Source: a virus
Lineage: Duplodnaviria > Heunggongvirae > Uroviricota > Caudoviricetes
Length of the DNA: 16,676 bases
Reading direction: 5' to 3' (one strand)
IMG/VR virus record: IMGVR_UViG_3300014932_000131
Shown here: piece after piece, positions 5,825 to 12,123 of the stretch
How positions within the stretch are numbered: the stretch's first letter is position 1
Layout of the letters: every line of letters begins with the position of its first letter
The notes under the pieces: generated by a model
The model's database searches: none
Told to the model about the DNA's origin: nothing
Seen by the model: only the letters and a program-made list of their open reading frames with translations
Position numbers and translations under genes: made by a program

Positions 5825-7588
5825 CTAGAAGTTGTTATATCCTGTTAATTTAATTGTGTTTGTATTCAGTTTAATCCCTAATTGATTTCCCTTATTATCA
5901 GAAGCATCCATTATATTACCCACCTTTATTTGTGTAGCTATATCTAATCCATTTCCTATAGCAGAAAATTTAAGTGTAAAAGGAACTTGAGCTCCTGTAA
6001 TGGGTGCTTTTAAATCTTTATTAATAGCTCCAAATTTAATTCTACCATCTTTAGGAGTGGCAAATGTAAACCATGTATTAGGGAGATTTGTAGCTAAGCT
6101 TTCAAATTTGATCTTTGTAGAATCATAATCAAACTCAAATTGTAAAGCTCCTACATTATTTGTTGTGTTAATATTAATAGGAATCTCTACAGTGTTAGAA
6201 GTTACAGTGAGATTATTCAAACTAACATCCACTGGATCTTTATTAATATTAGGAGTGTTAATATATCCTATAGAGAAAGATTTAATAACTCCTGCAGTGT
6301 CAACTACTTGTGAGCTATGACTTCTATTTATATCTCCAGGAATTAAGTATTTTAAGTTCAATGGAAGATTAGATCCCAACTTACCTGTTTTAAAATATAC
6401 ATACTCAGATGTAATATCTTTCCAGCTACTAGTAGTTGTATTATTAAATACTGAGTCTGTAAATGTAGGAACATCTAAATATACATCTGTACCTGATTTG
6501 TAGTTAGTTGGTAATACATAAAATGAATCTAGAGATACAGTTTGAGCAAATATTCTAGTAATATCACCTCCATCAAATATGTGATTTTTATTAACATCTG
6601 CAGCATAGTATCCCATACCAGTTTTGATATTAGATCCTGAGAATGTACCATCTAGATTTTGATTAGTAAATTCAGCCTGAGCTGCAGTGAAATCACTCAC
6701 TGTAATAGCAGCATTTGTAATATCTTTCACTACATCAGCATTCACTCTAACTGCCACTTTATAAACTGTATTAGCTTTAAACTTAGTTTGATCTACAGCA
6801 AGATCACCATTATCATTAGCATCTACTAAATAGGTAGTTTTAGCAACTGTATCTATAAATGCCACTCTTGTAAGGGTAAATTGAGTTAAAGCAGAGTTAA
6901 CATCTACACGACCTTTAACATATGATTCAGAATTAGGATCTAAGTAAATTGGAATGTTTAATGGAGTTTCCATAACTGTAGCTCCTGTAGAACCATCACT
7001 ATTAAATGCAGCACCAAAGTTCATTCTAATAGGATCAAAAGATAATCCTACAGCATTAGCATTCAATCTAAATGTAAGTTTTTCTAATCCCCAATAGGTA
7101 GTATAAGGCATTTTGTTAGCAGAAGCCCAAGTTAATGAATGTCTAATAATGGTATGATTACCACCTTGAGTGTATGCATAGTTTGCATATTGGTAGTTTG
7201 TGTTACCATTAGTTGTAGTGTTATTAGTATTCTGGCTAAATCTATATCCAGGATATTGATAATAAGATTCTGATATACTAGCACCTGAAGGAAGAGTTCC
7301 TCCATTACCACCAGTTCCTGTATTAGTAATGCTTAATAATGTCAAAGCTGTATTCTGATATTCAAAATCAAAATATAGCTGTCTAGTGGTAGTGTTTGAA
7401 TTACCATTAGCTGCTACATACATAACTAGTGTATCCCCTTTTTTAAGAGTGGTTCCATGATCATTAACACTTACAGTATCACCAGTACCATTAACATTTG
7501 AGCTTAATTTAAGTTTAATGTTTTGTCCAAAAGAAAATGTCACAATTATTTGAAAAATTGTGACAAGTAATAATAGTTTTTTGTTCAT
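5825..7588 (-). CDS. Secreted multidomain protein with cohesin-like and dockerin/EF-hand-like elements
   Basis: Signal peptide ending FSFG|Q. C-terminal cohesin-like segment VEIPININTTNNVGALQFEFDYDSTKIKFESL. N-terminal cohesin-like segment GDTLVMYV...LYFDFEYQNTALTLLSI. Dockerin-like Ca-binding loops AADVNKNHIFDGGD and GDINRS. Very Thr/Asn-rich. Confidence 0.7.
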   Translation of the reverse strand: MNKKLLLLVTIFQIIVTFSFGQNIKLKLSSNVNGTGDTVSVNDHGTTLKKGDTLVMYVAANGNSNTTTRQLYFDFEYQNTALTLLSITNTGTGGNGGTLPSGASISESYYQYPGYRFSQNTNNTTTNGNTNYQYANYAYTQGGNHTIIRHSLTWASANKMPYTTYWGLEKLTFRLNANAVGLSFDPIRMNFGAAFNSDGSTGATVMETPLNIPIYLDPNSESYVKGRVDVNSALTQFTLTRVAFIDTVAKTTYLVDANDNGDLAVDQTKFKANTVYKVAVRVNADVVKDITNAAITVSDFTAAQAEFTNQNLDGTFSGSNIKTGMGYYAADVNKNHIFDGGDITRIFAQTVSLDSFYVLPTNYKSGTDVYLDVPTFTDSVFNNTTTSSWKDITSEYVYFKTGKLGSNLPLNLKYLIPGDINRSHSSQVVDTAGVIKSFSIGYINTPNINKDPVDVSLNNLTVTSNTVEIPININTTNNVGALQFEFDYDSTKIKFESLATNLPNTWFTFATPKDGRIKFGAINKDLKAPITGAQVPFTLKFSAIGNGLDIATQIKVGNIMDASDNKGNQLGIKLNTNTIKLTGYNNF

Positions 7589-8134
7589 TTATTTTGTGTC
7601 TAATAGTTTGTTAACCAATGAGTTACAAGCAATTTCTCTGAGCTTTTGTTTAGTTTCTTCTGAATGTTTCTTACCAGTATTTATAACTCTAAGTTTTTCT
7701 TTTGTTTCTTCAGAAAGAACTTTACCCTTATGACGTTCGCTTATTTTTAACTTTGTTTCCTCAGAATGACTTCCTCTTTTTTTTCCTAATTTAGCAAGTC
7801 TAAGTTTTTCTTTATGCTCTGGAGATAACGTTTTGCCTAACCAAGTTCCTTTTGTTCCAGGGTTAGAAGCTCCTCCATCTGCCATATTAACTAATAGTCC
7901 TTCTTTCAAATCAAATCTACCATAATCTTTGATCATACCAATTTCTACTATTCTAGCTTCATCTATGGTGCAACCTTCTATAAGTATATCTACAGCATAC
8001 CCTACTTTATTGACTATATTTTTCCAATACTTATTTCTACTAGATTTATTATATGCTCTTCCTTTATTGGCACCTATACCTATGTAGAATACAGTATTGT
8101 CATCTAACCTTCTATGTTGATATACTACTGCCAT
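7589..8134 (-). mobile_element. Free-standing GIY-YIG-type homing endonuclease with NUMOD3 repeats
   Basis: N-terminal VVY...FYIGIG...GRAY...E...LVN (GIY-YIG variant) and four NUMOD3-like repeats (LSPEHKEKLR, HSEETKLKIS, LSEETKEKLR, HSEETKQKLR). It is wedged with TAA-ATG junctions into an otherwise secreted-protein operon. Confidence 0.85.
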
Positions 8135-8581
8135 TTAATTTAATAACTTATTTATTAATGACACACAAGTCTTTTTCATTGCAGAAGAAAGACTAGTCTG
8201 ATTAAACTTGCCCCCTTCATCTATCAACAAAGTGGACATTGATGTTTCTTCTGCAGATTCTTCAGCTGTTGCTTTCTTCTTTCCAAGAGTTCCTTGTAAT
8301 CTAATTACAACTTCCTCTTTATTACTATGCATCACAGAGAAACTTGATTGTGTCTTTAATACATCTAAGTAAACTATATCTACATCTATTCTGTTTTCAG
8401 AATTATGATCTATTAAAATATCTTTATCTTGAAGTACTTCTTCTAGGATGTTCTTAACACCAAACTCTAGCTTTCTATTGCCAGCCACTGGTCCAAGCTT
8501 CACTTTATTTGTAATATTTCCTATACTAACAGACTTTGGTTGAGGAAACCATAACGTTAATGCTAACAATAAGGTTATCAT
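8135..8581 (-). CDS. Secreted or membrane-anchored hypothetical protein (148 aa), possibly a small CsgG/LptE-like alpha/beta fold
   Basis: Hydrophobic N-terminus MITLLLALTLWFPQ. Helix RKLEFGVKNILEEVL, strands IDVDIVYLD and VVIRLQG, and a C-terminal helix SLSSAMKKTCVSLINKLL. Confidence 0.7.
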   Translation of the reverse strand: MITLLLALTLWFPQPKSVSIGNITNKVKLGPVAGNRKLEFGVKNILEEVLQDKDILIDHNSENRIDVDIVYLDVLKTQSSFSVMHSNKEEVVIRLQGTLGKKKATAEESAEETSMSTLLIDEGGKFNQTSLSSAMKKTCVSLINKLLN

Positions 8582-8700
8582 TTTCCTTGTCTATTATATG
8601 GTTTAGTTGCTTTGTCCTTAGGACCTTTGAACTTTGTAGCTTTACCACCTTTACGTTTTCCAAAGTTGATTTTTTTTGTACTTGATGCTGCTTTTGCCAT
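8578..8700 (-). CDS. Highly basic micro-protein (40 aa)
   Basis: Below the ORF-track cutoff: MAKAASSTKKINFGKRKGGKATKFKGPKDKATKPYNRQGK*. It is coupled on both sides (TAATG with the endolysin stop, ATGA with the next start). Confidence 0.8.
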   Translation of the reverse strand: MAKAASSTKKINFGKRKGGKATKFKGPKDKATKPYNRQGK

Positions 8701-9305
8701 TAAATGCTTCCGTTTAATAAATTATTATATATATGAAAATGTTTAATACGATCTTCAAGACCTATTACACCACCATTCACCTTTCTAGTTACCTTACCTA
8801 CTATTTCATCACTTGCTCCTTGATCAGCTACAGCATTAAGTCCTACCTTGTTCCAGAAAAACCCAGCAGAAGCTAAAGGATATTTAGTTGCAACAAGATC
8901 AGGATTAGCTACAGTATCTTCTCCAATAGCTTTAGCAAATGCTGCATAGTTATCATGACCTGTTAATTGAATATATCCTCTACCATGAAACTTCCAACCA
9001 TCACCAGAAGCTTTATCTCCATTACCCATTCTGTTAGCATACACCAAATTAGCTATCTTTTCAGGCTTACGTTCATATGCTGCAGCAGTGGCTACATCAA
9101 AATATTTAGGGAATGTACCTAATAAACCTTTAGCTCCATAGTTTAAATTTTCATTAACTAGTTTGAAATCACCAGATTCATGAGCACATTGTGCTAAGAA
9201 ATGAGCTAAACGTAATGGTGTATTGATACCAAATTTGTCCTGAATATCAGGGATTTGTGTAATAACACTATCAGGAACAGTTCCTTTTAATTTATCTACA
9301 TTCAT
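8700..9305 (-). CDS. Endolysin, glycoside hydrolase family 19 (chitinase class I-like)
   Basis: Hallmark motifs LAHFLAQCAHESGDF, YANRMGNGD, GRGYIQLTGHDNY, SAGFFW and VTRKVNGGVIGLEDR. Confidence 0.92.
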   Translation of the reverse strand: MNVDKLKGTVPDSVITQIPDIQDKFGINTPLRLAHFLAQCAHESGDFKLVNENLNYGAKGLLGTFPKYFDVATAAAYERKPEKIANLVYANRMGNGDKASGDGWKFHGRGYIQLTGHDNYAAFAKAIGEDTVANPDLVATKYPLASAGFFWNKVGLNAVADQGASDEIVGKVTRKVNGGVIGLEDRIKHFHIYNNLLNGSI

Positions 9306-9451
9306 TATTTTTTCTTTTTAGGAGTGATTTTTTCTTTTACTTCTTTCACCTCATCTTTAACAGCAGATTCAAGTTGTTTTAATTCAATAGCTTTTTCAAC
9401 CATTGAACCTCCACCTAATAAGGCTTTAATTAAATCAATTATCTTTTTCAT
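9305..9451 (-). CDS. Small hypothetical protein (48 aa) in the lysis cassette
   Basis: Below the ORF-track cutoff: MKKIIDLIKALLGGGSMVEKAIELKQLESAVKDEVKEVKEKITPKKKK*. Amphipathic N-terminal helix; the TAA overlaps the endolysin ATG. Confidence 0.75.
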   Translation of the reverse strand: MKKIIDLIKALLGGGSMVEKAIELKQLESAVKDEVKEVKEKITPKKKK

Positions 9452-9452
9452 A

Positions 9453-10052
9453 TTATTTTAATTTCCAATAAGCATTGAATCCATAAACAATTTGACTATT
9501 AATAGTACTGCCTATGTTTAATCCAAATACCTTATTACTTTTTGTTTCATATAATAAACCACCTTGTACACCTGTTACACCAAGAGTTTTGTTACCATTA
9601 ATACCACCACCTAAATATAAATGTGAGGTGGCAGGGGCATACTTAGTGATAGTCACTGTGTTAGTGATTGTAGGAATCTTGTAATTATATTTGTAAGATC
9701 TACCTTGTAATAGATCTTTTTGCACTGTATCAGCCACAGCTACATATCCAAGAGTATCAAGCTTCACTGTATCAGCATATATGTTCTTAGCTAGGTATTG
9801 TCTTACTAAAGAATCATATTGAGCTTTTAATCTAGGATAGTTAGTATCTGCTATATACTCAGGGGGAACTGTTTCATAGATAGTATTTGTCACCTTCATC
9901 TTTTTAACTATCAAACTGTCATGAGTTTCCCATGTAGTATCATGTGCAATTACTGTATCAGCTTTTTGATGAGCACTTCCACAACCATTATGTTGTACAG
10001 CTAATACAAATAATAAAGCTACAGTAATAAGTAATATTATCTTATTCATCAT
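9453..10052 (-). CDS. Membrane-anchored or lipoprotein lysis-cassette protein with C-terminal beta-strands (spanin candidate)
   Basis: N-terminal hydrophobic helix followed by QHNG|C, an extended stalk, a short helix, and about four amphipathic Gly/aromatic strands ending YGFNAYWKLK. It lies between the holin-like gene and the endolysin. Confidence 0.6.
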   Translation of the reverse strand: MMNKIILLITVALLFVLAVQHNGCGSAHQKADTVIAHDTTWETHDSLIVKKMKVTNTIYETVPPEYIADTNYPRLKAQYDSLVRQYLAKNIYADTVKLDTLGYVAVADTVQKDLLQGRSYKYNYKIPTITNTVTITKYAPATSHLYLGGGINGNKTLGVTGVQGGLLYETKSNKVFGLNIGSTINSQIVYGFNAYWKLK

Positions 10053-10305
10053 CTTTAGTTTTAAGTTCTTCAGTTGGAGCTTTCTTAGTAAACTTGTCTA
10101 ATGTATCAGCACCCATACCAATAGCTGTGATAATCATTACAGCATCTACAAGCTTGTCAGAAGGAGCTACATCTTTATTTGAATAACTATTAGCTAACAT
10201 TGTGCCACATAAGAATAAAGCACCAAAGAAAGCTATAACTGGTTTTACTGATATTGCACCTCTTTCATCTTTGAAAAGGTCAACAACCCATTCTTTAAAA
10301 GTCAT
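10042..10305 (-). CDS. Putative holin (2 TM, class II-like)
   Basis: 87 aa with two hydrophobic segments (VIAFFGALFLCGTMLA and LVDAVMIITAIGMGA), a highly charged C-terminal tail, and a position upstream of the endolysin. Confidence 0.6.
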   Translation of the reverse strand: MTFKEWVVDLFKDERGAISVKPVIAFFGALFLCGTMLANSYSNKDVAPSDKLVDAVMIITAIGMGADTLDKFTKKAPTEELKTKDDE

Positions 10306-10580
10306 ATTTTTTTAAATTTAATTTTGTTATCTGGAAGCACAGCCACTCTTGTAAGCATGATTGGTTCTTTAGGAATTTCTGTAGGATAGCTAGCAGTTGT
10401 TTTATAAGTCTGTCTTTCTAGATTTTCAATTCTAATATGATCAGCACTTCCTTGTGCAATTAGAGTTTTTATATCTGATTTCATCTCGGTAATATCATAC
10501 CAAATCATGATAGCTATACCTGTGATTAGTATAGGGAAAGCAGAATTCTTAAAGTTTTCGAACTGAGAGGATGTTGCCAT
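10302..10580 (-). CDS. Small single-TM protein with a coiled coil (holin/antiholin-associated candidate)
   Basis: TM segment AFPILITGIAIMIWY followed by a heptad-like stretch (ITEMKSDIKTLIAQ...IRIENLE). It is the first gene of the lysis-containing operon. Confidence 0.65.
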   Translation of the reverse strand: MATSSQFENFKNSAFPILITGIAIMIWYDITEMKSDIKTLIAQGSADHIRIENLERQTYKTTASYPTEIPKEPIMLTRVAVLPDNKIKFKKI

Positions 10581-10720
10581 TTACATATTAAATAAAAATA
10601 GCACATATAACTCTATAGAAATTAGAGAGATATATACTATGTAATTAAAATTGTGATTATAAAACTTCAGTCTATCTTGTAAAATAGACATAGTAATAGC
10701 AGGAAGCTATTTCTAAGCTT

Positions 10721-10752
10721 CAAAGGTATGTAAAATAAATGAAATAACCAAA
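10721..10752 (-). promoter_or_regulatory. Bacteroidota housekeeping-sigma promoter for the lysis/envelope operon
   Basis: Minus strand TTTG (10752-10749), 20-nt spacer, TACCTTTG (10728-10721): a full consensus match, in the intergenic gap. Confidence 0.75.
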
Positions 10753-10759
10753 TCTTTTT

Positions 10760-11128
10760 TTAGTAGGGCTGATAGGACTTTTCCTCTACAAATTCAGAGC
10801 CATGTTTCATATTAATTTCTTTTTTAATACGTGCTCTTTCATCGTTTAATTTGTAAACACTTCTAGCCAAATCAATGAATCTAATACTAAAATCTTTGTC
10901 TTTTTCACAGATTCTAAGGTCATCTTCTACGTTCCAAAGCTTTTTATTCACTTTAAGCAAATCATCTACTAAAGAATCATGTAAAACCTCAGTATCTATC
11001 ACTGTATTTAGATAAGCTCTTTCCTTAAATACGTTTATAAGCTTTTCCCTATCTGTGATATTTAAAGCTTTGATGGAAAGAATAGTCCATTTATCTACTA
11101 TTTCTCCTATAGAAACTTCTATTTTCAT
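10760..11128 (-). CDS. DUF6165-like helical protein
   Basis: Motifs IEVSIGEIVDKWTILSIK, LLKVNKKLWNVEDDLR, LARSVYKLNDERARIKKEIN and GSEFVEEKSY match the family as I recall it, which is often found next to glycosyltransferases. Confidence 0.75.
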   Translation of the reverse strand: MKIEVSIGEIVDKWTILSIKALNITDREKLINVFKERAYLNTVIDTEVLHDSLVDDLLKVNKKLWNVEDDLRICEKDKDFSIRFIDLARSVYKLNDERARIKKEINMKHGSEFVEEKSYQPY

Positions 11129-11136
11129 ATAAAATA

Positions 11137-11167
11137 TTGTTTATTTCATACAAAAGTAGTACATTTG
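11137..11167 (+). promoter_or_regulatory. Bacteroidota promoter for the glycosyltransferase operon
   Basis: Plus strand TTG (11137-11139), 20-nt spacer, TACATTTG (11160-11167); the ATG is at 11185. Confidence 0.7.
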
Positions 11168-11181
11168 TTGCAAATATCCAA
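11151..11181 (-). promoter_or_regulatory. Bacteroidota promoter for the DUF6165-like gene
   Basis: Minus strand TTG (11181-11179), 20-nt spacer, TACTTTTG (11158-11151); the ATG is at 11128. Confidence 0.7.
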
Positions 11182-11184
11182 CAG

Positions 11185-12123
11185 ATGAAACCAGTTTGTT
11201 TAGACTTGTCACAATGTAATGGTCTTGGTGATTTAATCTGTGCCACTCCCACTATCAAAAAACTGTCTGAAAGCTATGGCCAAAAGATAACCATCCTCTC
11301 TCAGATGCCTGAGCTATTTAAAATGAATTCCTATGTAGAGAAGAGCTATAAAGCTGCTTCAGTTGACAAGGATTACTTTACAACTCATTATATCATGCAC
11401 AACTCTTTCTATCTAGTAGGTAAGAAAGATGAGCGTGGTATAGAGATGAAACATAACATGATGGATATTAGACAGTTCCATGCTATACATCTAGGCTTTA
11501 TGCTTGGGCAAGATGAACTAAGATGTTACTACAGACCTACAGAACCTAAGAAGAATTTTATTCATGAGAAGTATATAGTTATACACCCTGTCAATAGCTG
11601 GCCTAATAGAACTTGGTCACAAGATAATTGGGTAAAGTTAATTACATCTTTAACAGATATGGGATATACAGTTGTGGCTGTGGGTAAGGATAGTAGTGAG
11701 ACAGGGTTCTTTAATGTACAGAAACCTGTACATGATTTAGAAGGATCTAAAGTAATTAACTTAATGAACCAAACATCTATATCTGAGACATGGCATTTAA
11801 TAAATGATGCTAAAGCTGTCATCACTATGGATTCTGGTATACTACATTTAGCAGGTACAACACAAACATATATCATTGAATTAGGATCTCCTATCAATCC
11901 TGAATTTAGAACACCTTATAGAGTGGGAGTACAAGGATTTAAACACTATTATATTGGAGGAAGCTGTACCTTATTTTGTTCTTCTAATATGAAATATGCT
12001 CTTGAGTATTGGCCTACAATAGATTCTGTACAGCCATTGATTGGATGCTTAGAAAAGAAAGAAACCTTTGAATGTCATCCTACAGTGGATAAAGTAATAG
12101 AATGTGTAAAAGTAAATATATGA
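11185..12123 (+). CDS. Glycosyltransferase family 9 (ADP-heptose:LPS heptosyltransferase-like, GT-B)
   Basis: GLGDLICATPTIKKL, IVIHPVNSWPNRTW and ITMDSGILHLAG are typical GT9 motifs. Start revised from the track's TTG at 11137 (which is the -33 promoter element) to the ATG at 11185. Confidence 0.85.
   Translation: MKPVCLDLSQCNGLGDLICATPTIKKLSESYGQKITILSQMPELFKMNSYVEKSYKAASVDKDYFTTHYIMHNSFYLVGKKDERGIEMKHNMMDIRQFHAIHLGFMLGQDELRCYYRPTEPKKNFIHEKYIVIHPVNSWPNRTWSQDNWVKLITSLTDMGYTVVAVGKDSSETGFFNVQKPVHDLEGSKVINLMNQTSISETWHLINDAKAVITMDSGILHLAGTTQTYIIELGSPINPEFRTPYRVGVQGFKHYYIGGSCTLFCSSNMKYALEYWPTIDSVQPLIGCLEKKETFECHPTVDKVIECVKVNI

Noticed and set aside
2797-7588. A true curli (amyloid) biogenesis system
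   Set aside because: No curlin repeats (S-x5-Q-x-G-x2-N-x-A-x3-Q) or CsgA/B/E/F-like genes were recognised. The N/T/Y-rich patch in the cohesin protein is a single short segment.
5825-7588. Cellulosome or polysaccharide-degradation function
   Set aside because: No glycoside hydrolase or CBM-enzyme partner in the module; the only GH is the GH19 endolysin.
7589-8134. Group I intron surrounding the endonuclease
   Set aside because: Both flanking genes are complete and abut the endonuclease ORF with zero spacer, leaving no room for ribozyme core elements.
8700-9305. Chitinase as an auxiliary metabolic gene
   Set aside because: GH19 proteins with this motif set next to holin-like genes are established phage peptidoglycan hydrolases. 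There is no signal peptide or chitin-binding module.
11137-12119. ORF-track starts at 11137 (TTG) and 12102 (ATG)
   Set aside because: 11137 coincides with the -33 promoter element and lies upstream of the predicted TSS. The ATG at 12120 gives a canonical ATGA overlap and a typical MKKLLIIT start.
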